Under the pieces are notes generated by a model. It did no database searches. It was not told the DNA's origin and worked only from the letters and a program-made list of their open reading frames with translations. Positions 31,126 to 41,958 of a stretch of 64,000 bases of DNA are shown here, in pieces. This stretch comes from a virus. Lineage: Duplodnaviria; Caudoviricetes. The stretch's first letter is position 1. Every line of letters starts with the position of its first letter. The stretch covers positions 32,001 through 96,000 of IMG/VR virus record IMGVR_UViG_3300043093_000048, one strand, 5' to 3'. The translations under genes were made by a program, and so were the position numbers.

Positions 31126-32091
31126 GTGAATAAAATGTCAGAATTATCTAATAAACAAAGAAATTCTTTAAATAAAAATACATTTGGAATTCCTTCTTTA
31201 AGAAAATATCCATTAAATGATAAAGATCATGTACAAAAAGCAATACAGATGTTTCATCATTGTCCTATAGAATATAAAAGAGAATTAGCTCATAATATTA
31301 ATAAAAATGCTAAAAAATATAATATTACTATTTCTCAAAATTCTCCTATTTATAATTATTTAAATGAAAGTGAACAAGTTGAAATAGATTTAATGAATGA
31401 TATTTATTTATTAGAAGAAGATTTATATTATAATGAAGCTTTTGGAATGAATGAAGATGAAGCTAGAGGTACAGTAGACACTGCAATGCAATTATGGAAA
31501 AAGAGAAAAAAATTTGTACAAAATAATAAAGATAAACAAAGATTAGTTACTGATATTAGAAACGAAAAACTATCTTTAAGTTCTTTACAAACTAGAAATG
31601 ATTATTTATCTATTATACAAAGAGCAAAATCTACTGTAAATACTATGAGTAAAAAATTATCCACTGGAGAGTATCAAGATGCTAAAACAATCAAAGGAAA
31701 AGGATATAATGCTGGTGTAAATGGCGCAGCTAAAACTGTTGGAAAATTAGCAGGTACAGTGGCAGCAGGTGTAGCAGTCGGTGCAGTTGCTGGAGGAGCT
31801 TTAGGTAAAAGATCTGCTAATAATAAAGGTAATGGTAGAGTTGTAAGTACTATGAAAAAAACTACAGGAGCGGTTGCAGGAGCTGTAGCTCTAGGAACTG
31901 TTGGTTCAATGGTTGGTAAAGGAATGGTTGTTTCAGATAATTTTAAGAAAAATAATACTAGACATAGAGATGATCCAGTTAGAAAACAAGCAGATCGTTA
32001 TATTAATTTTGTAAATGATTTTTATAGTGAAATAATTGATATGATTCCTAGCTCACAACAACAAAATAATGAGGGAGAAGGTGAACAATAA
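31126..32091 (+). CDS. Late protein with an N-terminal FGIP..RKYPL.D..HV..A domain and two Gly/Ala hydrophobic segments
   Basis: Late motif 31096-31107; LNE/YNE sites; glycine-zipper-like AGTVAAGVAVGAVAGG. Confidence 0.6.
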   Translation: MNKMSELSNKQRNSLNKNTFGIPSLRKYPLNDKDHVQKAIQMFHHCPIEYKRELAHNINKNAKKYNITISQNSPIYNYLNESEQVEIDLMNDIYLLEEDLYYNEAFGMNEDEARGTVDTAMQLWKKRKKFVQNNKDKQRLVTDIRNEKLSLSSLQTRNDYLSIIQRAKSTVNTMSKKLSTGEYQDAKTIKGKGYNAGVNGAAKTVGKLAGTVAAGVAVGAVAGGALGKRSANNKGNGRVVSTMKKTTGAVAGAVALGTVGSMVGKGMVVSDNFKKNNTRHRDDPVRKQADRYINFVNDFYSEIIDMIPSSQQQNNEGEGEQ

Positions 32092-33386
32092 TGGGTAAAT
32101 TTATACAAGAAGATTCTATAGAAAAAAAGGTTCTTTCTAATTATTTTGATAATTATTTAGATACTACTGAAAGATATTCTAAATGGTTACAAGGTTCTCC
32201 AACATTTGTAACGTATTATTCAATTAATTTAGAAAGTTCTACACAAGATCAAGGTCTTAATAATGTAATGGAAATAGTAGGTGGAGAATCACCTATTAAA
32301 TATAATAAAATTGAAGATTTTCCAATATATCTTGAAGGAGAAATGAATTTCTCAACTAATCTAGAAGAAGATGCTGGTTTTGATAGTGAATCAGAAGGTT
32401 CTGCAATAATTCTTCCAGGAACTATAATACCTCAAAATGATGATTTAATAGTATTTAATATATTAGAGAAAAATTATATTTATAGAGTTGCTAATGTAGA
32501 ATTTTCAAATACAAGTATTAGAAAATTTTATAAAATTAGTTTCTTTGTGTCTCCTTTTGATATTGAAACATTGGAAAGTAGACAAGTTAAAGATGAATAT
32601 AGTGTTATATATAATAATATAGGAACTGAAAATGATCCAGTAATATCTAAAAAAGAATTTACATTTTTAGATGATATCGATAAGATTATTGATTATCTTT
32701 CAGAAAGATATATAAGATTTTATTATGATAAGAAAACAAATTCTTTTATATATAATCTTGATAAAATGAATATGACTATTCATGATTTTTATAAAGATAA
32801 TGGCATATATGACCCTAAATTAGCTTTATTTATAAAAAGAAATAATTTATTTATTAATAAAAAAACATTCTTAAAAAATATTTATGTTGAATGTTTATTA
32901 CAGAATAGAGATTTAGATTATGAAAATTCTATTTATTCATTATTTGAAACTTTAGATTTAGATGAATTTAAATATCCTTATTATTATTTTATTAATATTA
33001 ATGAATCAGTATTTATGTTAGTTCAAGACAAATTCCATGAAGTTGTTCATAATCCTGTTGATATTTATAATAAAGGTAATAAATTATTAAATGATAAGTT
33101 TAAATCTGGAAAATTTACTTCTATTGATTTAACTAAATATACTAAGGATATTAAATTATTAATTGATGATCTTCCTATCAATGAAAAGATAATGATTATT
33201 TATTTACGTTGTAGGATATATGAAGAACAAAATAATATAACGGATTACTTAGAAGATATAGTTAATTTAGCTAAAGATGTTAAAGTGGATAAAAATTTCT
33301 ATACCTATATACAAATCCCTTGTATAATTTATATTTTAAAAGAAATTAAAAATATTATTATGCATAGTACAAACTATATTAAATAA
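32091..33386 (+). CDS. Putative virion structural protein
   Basis: Translationally coupled in a late operon; ILPGTIIPQNDD...YRV beta-rich segment. Confidence 0.5.
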   Translation: MGKFIQEDSIEKKVLSNYFDNYLDTTERYSKWLQGSPTFVTYYSINLESSTQDQGLNNVMEIVGGESPIKYNKIEDFPIYLEGEMNFSTNLEEDAGFDSESEGSAIILPGTIIPQNDDLIVFNILEKNYIYRVANVEFSNTSIRKFYKISFFVSPFDIETLESRQVKDEYSVIYNNIGTENDPVISKKEFTFLDDIDKIIDYLSERYIRFYYDKKTNSFIYNLDKMNMTIHDFYKDNGIYDPKLALFIKRNNLFINKKTFLKNIYVECLLQNRDLDYENSIYSLFETLDLDEFKYPYYYFININESVFMLVQDKFHEVVHNPVDIYNKGNKLLNDKFKSGKFTSIDLTKYTKDIKLLIDDLPINEKIMIIYLRCRIYEEQNNITDYLEDIVNLAKDVKVDKNFYTYIQIPCIIYILKEIKNIIMHSTNYIK

Positions 33387-33394
33387 AGAAAGGG

Positions 33395-34420
33395 TTGAAT
33401 GTTATGTTTAATTCATTAAGAGATGAACTTGATAAAATTTCATTAATGGAAAGTGATGATTTAGAATATTATAATGATTACACTGTTGATGGAGATGAAG
33501 GAGCAGCTGATGATGAGCTTTATGATGATCTCGAAGAAGGCGAAGAGGAAGAAGACTTCGATGATTTAGATGATGGTGAAGCAATCAATGAAGCAATTGA
33601 TATGATTATAAACGAAATGCTTGTAAACGAATCTTATGATGATTATGAGTCTGATGATTATGACTATGATTATGATGATTATGATTATTATAATGAATCT
33701 GATGACGAAGATGATGACTTTGATGATACAGAATTCGATGACGATTATGATTCCGATGAATTTGAAGATGATGATGACGAAGTAGATATGGACTATGGTG
33801 TTGTTGGTGATGGAAAGTCTGTTAAGGGTGAACCTGATGATGATGCATATGATGAAGTAGATATTGGTGGAGTTACAAATTCTATTCATGGAGATGTTGA
33901 TTTAAAGGAAGATATCGATGATGACGAAGATGATGACTTAGATGAATTATTAGAAGCTATTTGTGGTGATGAATGTTCTAATGCAATTCGTGCTAATGCT
34001 CATGATATTTATGGTGACAGTGCAGATATGCCTGATGATGATGTTCCTCCTGCTCCACAGTATTCAAAGTTATATGCTAGAAATAAGATTGGTGGAGTTT
34101 ATGATAATTATGGTAGAGATGATTATAATACTTTTGGTAAGAATTGTTTTAGCCGTGATGTTATGAATTCTATGACAGTTGATGATGATGCATATGATGA
34201 AGAAGGTAATGATTACGATCTTTATGCTTCTGCAGGTAATATTTATGATGATGATGAAAATGAAGAATACTATGGCATCAGAAATAAAGTTCAGACTAAA
34301 AACCTATTTGGTAGACATAATATAGATAATATTAATTATGCACAATTAGGTGATCGTTTTAGTGGTACAGGTGATGCTTTAGACGAAAGCATTGCTACTT
34401 TCTTAAGTTCATTAGATTAA
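33395..34420 (+). CDS. Extremely acidic protein (possible prohead core/scaffold component)
   Basis: D/E/Y-dominated composition; many (L/I/V)xE sites; late operon. Confidence 0.55.
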   Translation: MNVMFNSLRDELDKISLMESDDLEYYNDYTVDGDEGAADDELYDDLEEGEEEEDFDDLDDGEAINEAIDMIINEMLVNESYDDYESDDYDYDYDDYDYYNESDDEDDDFDDTEFDDDYDSDEFEDDDDEVDMDYGVVGDGKSVKGEPDDDAYDEVDIGGVTNSIHGDVDLKEDIDDDEDDDLDELLEAICGDECSNAIRANAHDIYGDSADMPDDDVPPAPQYSKLYARNKIGGVYDNYGRDDYNTFGKNCFSRDVMNSMTVDDDAYDEEGNDYDLYASAGNIYDDDENEEYYGIRNKVQTKNLFGRHNIDNINYAQLGDRFSGTGDALDESIATFLSSLD

Positions 34421-34451
34421 TTTAAAATTATAAGAAAGGAGTAAATTTTAA

Positions 34452-35003
34452 ATGAAAGTATGTATATTAGATGAAGGATTTATTCCAGGTTTAGGTAGAG
34501 GACCTTTTAAAACTCCTATTGAAATTAGTGAAGATAAATATGCTTTATATAAAAGAATGGGTTTACAAATTATTAATGCTACAAAGACAGTACCTATCGC
34601 TGAAAGCGGTGTAATTAATAAGTTTCCTAAAAAGAAAACTGAAATTAATATTCCAAAGGTAGAAGAAAAGTTAGTAGAAGAAGAAGTTAAGGAAGTAATT
34701 CCTGAAACTACTATTGAACCTACTATTGCTGAAGAAGTAGTAGAAGAAACTGCTACAGAAGAACCAGTGGTAGAAGAAGTTAAGGAAGTAATTCCTGAAA
34801 CTACTGTTGAACCTACTATTGCTGAAGAAGTAGTAGAAGAAACTGCTACAGAAGAACCAGTAGTGGAAGAGACTGAAGAAGTTGTAGATCTTAATAATTT
34901 AACTAAGAAAGAACTTATTGATCTTTTAACTGAAGCAGATATCAAGTGTAATAATACTATGACTAAGAGTCAATTAATTGAATTAGCAGAAGCTAATCTA
35001 TAA
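34452..35003 (+). CDS. Acidic repeat protein with C-terminal HeH/Rho-N-like helical domain
   Basis: DLNNLTKKELIDLL...TKSQLIELA; internal 31-aa duplication. Confidence 0.6.
   Translation: MKVCILDEGFIPGLGRGPFKTPIEISEDKYALYKRMGLQIINATKTVPIAESGVINKFPKKKTEINIPKVEEKLVEEEVKEVIPETTIEPTIAEEVVEETATEEPVVEEVKEVIPETTVEPTIAEEVVEETATEEPVVEETEEVVDLNNLTKKELIDLLTEADIKCNNTMTKSQLIELAEANL
34679..34868. repeat. 93-bp direct repeat x2
   Basis: EEVKEVIPETT(I/V)EPTIAEEVVEETATEEPVV duplicated at DNA level. Confidence 0.9.
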
Positions 35004-35009
35004 AAAAAA

Positions 35010-35046
35010 ATAAGCCTTAACACTATTATAGTGTTAAGGCTTTTTA
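35010..35046. terminator. Bidirectional intrinsic terminator
   Basis: AAGCCTTAACACTA/TAGTGTTAAGGCTT with A/T tracts. Confidence 0.75.
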
Positions 35047-35048
35047 AT

Positions 35049-35756
35049 TTACTTTTTAAAATTATAATATTTGATCATCAAATTTTTTTCTTTAGCTTTT
35101 TCTAAATATTCTTTAGAAAATGGTGTATTATATCCAGTCATTGGAATAACTACTAAAGCATTATCTATATTATTTGAATGATCTATGTAGTCATATATAT
35201 TACTAAGTTCATCATCAATTATTAAAGATACTTTTTCAATATCTTTAATAGATTCAGATTTAGTTTCAGTCATACCAGTAAATATAATTTCTACATCTTT
35301 AATAATAGGCAAAAATAATTTTTTAATACAATCCTTTTTAGCATTCATAAATTCTTCAAAAGTTCTTGTAACAATGTATATCTTGTTAAATTTAAAATGA
35401 TTATAATTAAACATGTCAATTAAAGCATTTACTAAAGGTGTTTGCATTACATATTGGTAAAAGGTTTTTTCACGGAAGTAAGCTTCCATGATAAAACCTC
35501 TAGCCACTAAATAATCTTCATTTGATAAATCTTTTCTACAAAGCCAATCGCCAAAGTTATAAGTTGGTCTAGTGAGAGGATAATAGAAATCTTTATCATA
35601 ACTATAATTCTTTGGAATTAAATTCATATTGATATATGGTTCAAATACTTTAATATTCTTTACAATACAATTAAACCAATAATTAGTTGTAAAGGTTAGT
35701 ACATCATCCATATCAATTACCATTGAGCCAGGCTCTATTTTACCTAATTTTTCCAT
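35049..35756 (-). CDS. HAD-superfamily 5'(3')-deoxyribonucleotidase-like protein
   Basis: IDMDDVL (motif I), IVTR, K, IIDD. Confidence 0.7.
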   Translation of the reverse strand: MEKLGKIEPGSMVIDMDDVLTFTTNYWFNCIVKNIKVFEPYINMNLIPKNYSYDKDFYYPLTRPTYNFGDWLCRKDLSNEDYLVARGFIMEAYFREKTFYQYVMQTPLVNALIDMFNYNHFKFNKIYIVTRTFEEFMNAKKDCIKKLFLPIIKDVEIIFTGMTETKSESIKDIEKVSLIIDDELSNIYDYIDHSNNIDNALVVIPMTGYNTPFSKEYLEKAKEKNLMIKYYNFKK

Positions 35757-35771
35757 TTAATTTTCTCCTTT

Positions 35772-37790
35772 TTAAATCTTAATTATATTTGTAGGAATTA
35801 AGTTATCATTTATTTTAGGTGTTTGAATATTAAGACAATCAAGAATAATAACTCCAGAATTAAGATGATCAAATACCATATTATCAATATTTAAGAATGG
35901 TCTAATAAATACTGGAATTTCAGTTACAGTTTTAGGAATACTAATTACATTAATAATTCCATCTTTAACTAATAACTTTTTACTATTATTATCTTTGTCT
36001 TTATAACTTAAATCAAAAGCTTCACTTATTCTATTTAAGAATACTTCCAATTCTTCATCATCAATAGTAATATCATTCTTAATTGCGTAATCTAAAATAG
36101 TTTCTCTTATTAAATCATAATCTTCTTCAATAATTACTTTAACTACATTAACATTAGTTGGAAGAGTTATTTCATCTTCAGGGAATAAAGTATTCCAAGT
36201 TAAAACACCTCTTACTTGCATAACATTAGCTGGAATAGCATAACTTCCGATTTCGTTAGCTCTTGAAGGTAAAGTAAAAGTAATTTCTCCTTTATTGAAA
36301 GAATTCTTAATAACATCAATTAGATTAAAATACTTTCTAATGATATTACTATAGTTAATTTCTTTAGCAAGAATAATATCATCTTTAAGAATATTAGTAA
36401 AATATTCACTAACAAATTTATTTGTGTTAGATTTCTTAATAGCTAATCCTTTAAGATCAATTTTCTGCTTTTTAATAAGTCTTCCTTCTTGCATTAATAC
36501 TGAAGAAGCATAGCTCTTTTTATTCTTAGTTAAAAGTAATCTTGAAAGCATAAATTCATTTTTCATATTAATTAAAGGTCTATACTTTTCTTCAACATTA
36601 TGAAGTTCACCAAATCTTAAATAAGCTTCGTTAATTACCTTAGTAATTAAATAAGTGATACAGTTAATTGAGCTAATAATCATTTCATTACTATCATCAA
36701 CTTTGTCAATAGAATTCTTAAAATATTCATATGCAGGTTTAAGATATAAGAAATTTGAATCTGTATCAACAGTAAGAACAGATTTTCTCTTACCTTTTTT
36801 GCAATAATTATATTTATTAATATCTATATGATTATAGAAAACCCAATCTTTAACATAGAACCAAATATCTTCAAGAATTTCTTTATTTTCTTCTGAAGGA
36901 TTATTAGGATCTAAGAAAGGTTCTTCATTATTAAATATATCTTCAAAGTTTTTAATTAATTCTGAGTCAGTTAAAAATTCATAAAGATTATTTTTATAAT
37001 AAACTTTATTGATTTCTTCTTGAGACAAATTATCAATATAATTCATTATAGCTTCATTATCTCTTAAGTCTAATTGAATTTTATATAATTCATCTCTGTC
37101 ATAAAAATGATCATTAAACCAGTCAATTAAACAATCTTTAGAAATTCCTTCAAATTCTATTTCTGATTCATATTCTTCATTAAGAATATTTTCAATATAA
37201 GTTACAACATCACTCGGATCATATAAATGAAAATTATTCCTTAAGAACTTTTCAAATGTATCAATCGCTGTCATAATTATTTCTTCACCACTTGAAGTAA
37301 CTGACTCACCACAATCTAAGTCTCTAAAGATACTTCCATTAGCAGTTAACACACCATAATATGAATTCATTACGCTAGCTTTATATGTCTGCTGAATAGC
37401 ATCATATCTTTTCATAATGGTCGGATCTTCATCATTGATATGCTCAAACTTTTTAGCTTTAGCAGCTTTTCTTCTTTTACCAGTAGCATCCAACATTTTA
37501 CTTTCCAAAGCTTCTTTAACAGAATGTTGAATATAAGTTGTTCCATATTTTGTGATTACTGGTTTTGCTTTATCAAGAGATCTTTCTAAAGCATTGATTG
37601 ATGGATATTTGTCATCATTGATTTGATCAAAATATTTAACTTGAACTGTGATATTATCATCCTGATAATCTCTTTCATCAATAATATCTTCAAGTTTACT
37701 TTCAATTTCTTCTTCACTTTTATCTGGAAAAGATCTCTTAAGAAATTGAATCATTTTTGATTTATAGTCTTCTAATTTTTTACTAAGCAT
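35772..37790 (-). CDS. Family B DNA polymerase, C-terminal subunit of a split enzyme
   Basis: Motif B YKASVMNSYYG, motif C VDTDS, KKSYA, KGLAIKKS; no exonuclease or motif A region; early motif 37824-37834. Confidence 0.85.
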   Translation of the reverse strand: MLSKKLEDYKSKMIQFLKRSFPDKSEEEIESKLEDIIDERDYQDDNITVQVKYFDQINDDKYPSINALERSLDKAKPVITKYGTTYIQHSVKEALESKMLDATGKRRKAAKAKKFEHINDEDPTIMKRYDAIQQTYKASVMNSYYGVLTANGSIFRDLDCGESVTSSGEEIIMTAIDTFEKFLRNNFHLYDPSDVVTYIENILNEEYESEIEFEGISKDCLIDWFNDHFYDRDELYKIQLDLRDNEAIMNYIDNLSQEEINKVYYKNNLYEFLTDSELIKNFEDIFNNEEPFLDPNNPSEENKEILEDIWFYVKDWVFYNHIDINKYNYCKKGKRKSVLTVDTDSNFLYLKPAYEYFKNSIDKVDDSNEMIISSINCITYLITKVINEAYLRFGELHNVEEKYRPLINMKNEFMLSRLLLTKNKKSYASSVLMQEGRLIKKQKIDLKGLAIKKSNTNKFVSEYFTNILKDDIILAKEINYSNIIRKYFNLIDVIKNSFNKGEITFTLPSRANEIGSYAIPANVMQVRGVLTWNTLFPEDEITLPTNVNVVKVIIEEDYDLIRETILDYAIKNDITIDDEELEVFLNRISEAFDLSYKDKDNNSKKLLVKDGIINVISIPKTVTEIPVFIRPFLNIDNMVFDHLNSGVIILDCLNIQTPKINDNLIPTNIIKI

Positions 37791-37936
37791 TTAATTATTC
37801 CTCCTTTTATATAAATGCATAAATATAATATATAAATATACTTTTTTGTTATTTTTGAATTTAAATAGATGGGAAATTAACAATAATTTATTATATTTAT
37901 AATAAAATATATTTTATTACGAAGGGAGCTATTAAA

Positions 37937-38263
37937 ATGTCTCAATTTTTTGATAACTATAATGCAGATAGTGTAATTGAATACATGAACGAATCTTTTG
38001 ACATCATTTATCAGAATGCACATGCAGGAGAAAATGCTGCGCTTAATGAAGCTAACGTAATTAAGTTAGATAATCAGACTATGAAGAAGAAGATGATTCG
38101 TAGAGCTGAATTAGCAGCTGCAAAGTCAGCAGACGATCCTTTATATCATAAGTATGTTAAGCATAGTAAGCTTAGAAAGCAGTATAGAAGACAGATTCAT
38201 GATAAATATAATTCTAAGGCTAATATCATCTACAAGCAGTGGGTAGCAGCTAACAGAGGTTAA
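37937..38263 (+). CDS. Small late protein with a cleavable acidic N-terminus and basic C-terminus
   Basis: Late motif 37879-37890; ALNE|A site. Confidence 0.6.
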   Translation: MSQFFDNYNADSVIEYMNESFDIIYQNAHAGENAALNEANVIKLDNQTMKKKMIRRAELAAAKSADDPLYHKYVKHSKLRKQYRRQIHDKYNSKANIIYKQWVAANRG

Positions 38264-38422
38264 TAATTGAAAGTGTTATAACGATTTTTCGTTATAACAC
38301 TTTTTTTATTTATAATTTTAATTTATTATTTTAAAATATATATTATAAAAATGTAAATATTTAAATTTTAATTATAATTTAAATATTTAATTATTAACTA
38401 TAAATAGGAGGAAGCTAAAATT

Positions 38423-40321
38423 ATGATTAGCAAAAATTTAAAAATTAATGTAAATGATCTATTTAATGATCCAGATGAAAGTAAGTATGAAGAATTAATG
38501 AATGAAATTTCAACTTATATTACAGAGGATATTGAAAGAAGACATGAAACTTGTTTGGTATCATTTATGGGAGAAAAATTAAAAGAACTACCTTTGGGAC
38601 AGACTTTAACTTATCTAATAATTCTTGAACCATTTTATGTTTATAGTGAAGATATTAATGTTGATGTTATTCCAGATGTAAGTAATATTAATGAAATTGA
38701 AAAGTATTATGATTGGTGTATTGATTATTTTGGTATTCAATTAGGTAATACTGATATTGGTGAAGTTCTAGTAGATATTATTGATAGACTTAACCAAATT
38801 ACTTGTGATATGACACAAAGTTTTGGACCAACATTTGATTTACACACATTTATTAAAATTGCTGAAAGAAATAAAAGATTTGCAGAGATTTTGTATGAAC
38901 CAGATAAGTTTGTTAAAGAAAATGAAGGTAATCTAACTGCTGAAGAAATTGTAAATCATACTCATGATATTATTGATGAAGTTCAAGAATGTATCATTAA
39001 TGATCCAGATAATAATTTTAAGAACTTTATTACTTCTGGAGCAGGAATTAACTCAAAACAGCTTGGACAGGTTCTTGGTTATATTGGTCTTAAGCCAGAT
39101 CTTAAAGAGAAAATTATTCCAAGATCAATTGATACAAATTTCTGTATGGGATTAAGAAATATTACTGATTATTATATAAATGCAGTAGGTTGTCTTAAAG
39201 CTCTTATCACTGTTAAAATTCAAACTAAGAATTCTGGTTATCTTACTAGAAAGCTTCAGATACTTCTTAATGATGAATATATTTCTGATGTAGATGATTG
39301 TGGTACAAAACACTTACTACCTTTTACAGTAGAAAGTAAAGCACATCTAAATCATATAAATAATCTTTATTATTCTAAGAAGTCTAACGGAACAAAACTT
39401 TCTAAAATTAATAGTGATAAAAATAAAGATCTTATTGGTCAGACAATTTATTTAAGAACTCCTATTACTTGTGCTTGTAATAATGGTATTTGTAAAAAGT
39501 GTTATGGAGATATGTATAAGATTAATCAGAATATGAATGTTGGTTTAATTGCTGCATTAACTATTACTAATATGATTACTCAAACAAATCTTTCAGTAAA
39601 GCATCTTCTTCAGGCTGTTGTATTGAATAATCTTCATCCAGATCTTCTTAAATATTTTAATATTGAAATTGATAAGCTAAGTATTAAAGATGAATATCTT
39701 GATAAGATTAGTTTAGCATTTAATAGAGATATTAGTTGTGATAATCCTAATGGTGAATATGAAGTAAGAACTATTACTGTAATAGATGGTGATGAAATAA
39801 TTGATATTGAAAATCAAATTCTATTTAATATTAATCCAGAGATTAATGAACTAATTACTTCAGATGTTAATAAAGATTTAGATAAATATGTAGTTAAAGG
39901 TAAAAAGCTAAAAGACTTTGATTATATTTTTAATTATTCAGTTGAAAATAATTCATTATCTGGTCCTATGCTTAAGTTAAAAGAAATTATTGAAAAGAAT
40001 GAGTTTATTAAATCTCATGATGCATTTGAATTGTTTAATAAGATTGTAGAAATTCTTATTGAAAGTAAAAGTAAAACTGATTATATTCATATTGGTGTTC
40101 TAATTAAGAATCTAATGAAAGTAGAAGGAAATAGAGAATCATTTACTAATAAGGAATTTCCTGAATATACACTTTATTCTGTTCCTGATGCTATTCATTA
40201 TTGTTCAAATAGTATTTCTAAGCCATTGCTATTTGAGAGAATCAAGGATCAGTTGTTACTTGATAAATACGGTACATTAGATAAGAGAGGTTACTCTAAC
40301 TACGATGTACTATTGAAGTAA
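38423..40321 (+). CDS. Phage multisubunit RNA polymerase beta'-like C-terminal subunit, probably non-virion RNAP
   Basis: SGYLTRKL, DDCGT, RTPITC...ICKKCYG, trigger loop TQTNLSVKH; early motif 38337-38347. Confidence 0.9.
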   Translation: MISKNLKINVNDLFNDPDESKYEELMNEISTYITEDIERRHETCLVSFMGEKLKELPLGQTLTYLIILEPFYVYSEDINVDVIPDVSNINEIEKYYDWCIDYFGIQLGNTDIGEVLVDIIDRLNQITCDMTQSFGPTFDLHTFIKIAERNKRFAEILYEPDKFVKENEGNLTAEEIVNHTHDIIDEVQECIINDPDNNFKNFITSGAGINSKQLGQVLGYIGLKPDLKEKIIPRSIDTNFCMGLRNITDYYINAVGCLKALITVKIQTKNSGYLTRKLQILLNDEYISDVDDCGTKHLLPFTVESKAHLNHINNLYYSKKSNGTKLSKINSDKNKDLIGQTIYLRTPITCACNNGICKKCYGDMYKINQNMNVGLIAALTITNMITQTNLSVKHLLQAVVLNNLHPDLLKYFNIEIDKLSIKDEYLDKISLAFNRDISCDNPNGEYEVRTITVIDGDEIIDIENQILFNINPEINELITSDVNKDLDKYVVKGKKLKDFDYIFNYSVENNSLSGPMLKLKEIIEKNEFIKSHDAFELFNKIVEILIESKSKTDYIHIGVLIKNLMKVEGNRESFTNKEFPEYTLYSVPDAIHYCSNSISKPLLFERIKDQLLLDKYGTLDKRGYSNYDVLLK

Positions 40322-40423
40322 TTTTAAAGAGGTCGAAAGAGGGAATAATCCTTCTTTCGACTTAAAATTTAAATTTAAATCTAACAAATTTATATTTAAA
40401 TTTATAAAATTCGGAGGTTAAAT

Positions 40424-41926
40424 ATGGTTGAAATAAGTGAACGTAAAATTACTTTATTTCCTACTAGAATAGTTATTGAACCTTATGAAGAAAGAAATTC
40501 TAAGATTGAAAACTCTTTTAGTGTTTGGAATGAAGTTACACATTCATATGATTTTCAAGCCTTCATAAAAGATGAAATAAATAATAGATTAATTATTCCA
40601 ACAAGTTACACAAAAAACGAATTAAAATTAATGTACCCAACATATCAAATTGTAGATAGACGTAATATTTGTGAAAGCTATATGAATGCAAACAGACGTG
40701 TTGACAGAATTAATATGAAATATGATTTTAAGAATGATCTTCAAAAAAAGGCTTTAGACTTTTTGAATAAAAAAGAAAATATTAGACATCTATATAGACC
40801 TATGCAAAGATACTTATGTTTGAAAACAGGTGATGGTAAAACATATTGTGCGGTTAGATATATAGTTGATAATTGTGATAGACCTATTATTTTTGTTGAT
40901 CAAGATTCATTAGGGCAGCAATGGAAAGAAAGAATATTAGAATATACAGATACTAAAGAAGAAGAAATTTATTATATTTCTGGAACTCCATCTATTAATA
41001 AATTAATGGAAAAAGATGATAGTGATATTCTAAAGATTAAATTCTTTATTTGTTGTTATAGAACATTGACTAATAATATTAAAAATACAAATAATTCAAA
41101 TTTAATTAGTTCTTTGTTTAATAAAATAAAAATTACATTAAAAATATTTGATGAAGCTCATATTGAATACAGATCTATTTTTAAAATAGATATGATTTCA
41201 AATATAAGAAGTATTTATCTTTCTGCAACGCCTAAGAGAAGTGATCCAAAGGAAGATAAAGTATATCAAAAAATATTTTATAATGTTAAAAAGTTCTTTT
41301 CAGATTCAGTAGAAAAAGAAGAGAATTATCACAATATTATTTTATATAATTGGAATTCAAAACCATCATTAACAGATCAAACAAAATGTTCTACTAAATA
41401 TGGTTTTTCAATGGCTAGATATTGTTCTTATCTTGAAGAAAATAAATATGACCAGTTTGAAGAATTCTTATATGAAATAATTTTTAAAACAGTTTTAGCT
41501 AATAGAAAGAAAAAGAAAATGGCTATATTATTTGGAACTCTATCACTTCTTGATAAGTTTTATAATAATCTAGTAAAATATGTAAGTGATCAAGGATATA
41601 AATTAACAGTAAATAAATTTACAGGTAATACTGATAAAAAAGAAAAATTAGATATTCTTGAGACAACTGATATAATACTTACTACAGATAAATCATTTAG
41701 TAAAGGAATGGATGTAAAGAATCTTCAAGTATTAATCAATACAGTTCCTTTTTCATCTGATACTAAATTAATTCAGGTAGTTGGTAGATTAAGAAAAATT
41801 CCAGATAAAGAGGTTATTTTTATTGATGTTAATGATTTTGGTTTTGACGCTATTAAATGGCAAACAAACTCTAAGAAAAAAGTTTATGAAGTTTTAGCCA
41901 AGAATCTTTTTATAAAAAATAAATAA
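40424..41926 (+). CDS. Superfamily 2 (DEAH) helicase, UvsW-like
   Basis: TGDGKT, DEAH, SAT, KGMD, QVVGRLR. Confidence 0.9.
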   Translation: MVEISERKITLFPTRIVIEPYEERNSKIENSFSVWNEVTHSYDFQAFIKDEINNRLIIPTSYTKNELKLMYPTYQIVDRRNICESYMNANRRVDRINMKYDFKNDLQKKALDFLNKKENIRHLYRPMQRYLCLKTGDGKTYCAVRYIVDNCDRPIIFVDQDSLGQQWKERILEYTDTKEEEIYYISGTPSINKLMEKDDSDILKIKFFICCYRTLTNNIKNTNNSNLISSLFNKIKITLKIFDEAHIEYRSIFKIDMISNIRSIYLSATPKRSDPKEDKVYQKIFYNVKKFFSDSVEKEENYHNIILYNWNSKPSLTDQTKCSTKYGFSMARYCSYLEENKYDQFEEFLYEIIFKTVLANRKKKKMAILFGTLSLLDKFYNNLVKYVSDQGYKLTVNKFTGNTDKKEKLDILETTDIILTTDKSFSKGMDVKNLQVLINTVPFSSDTKLIQVVGRLRKIPDKEVIFIDVNDFGFDAIKWQTNSKKKVYEVLAKNLFIKNK

Positions 41927-41958
41927 ACATATATTATAAATGTGAAAAGGAGGAAATT

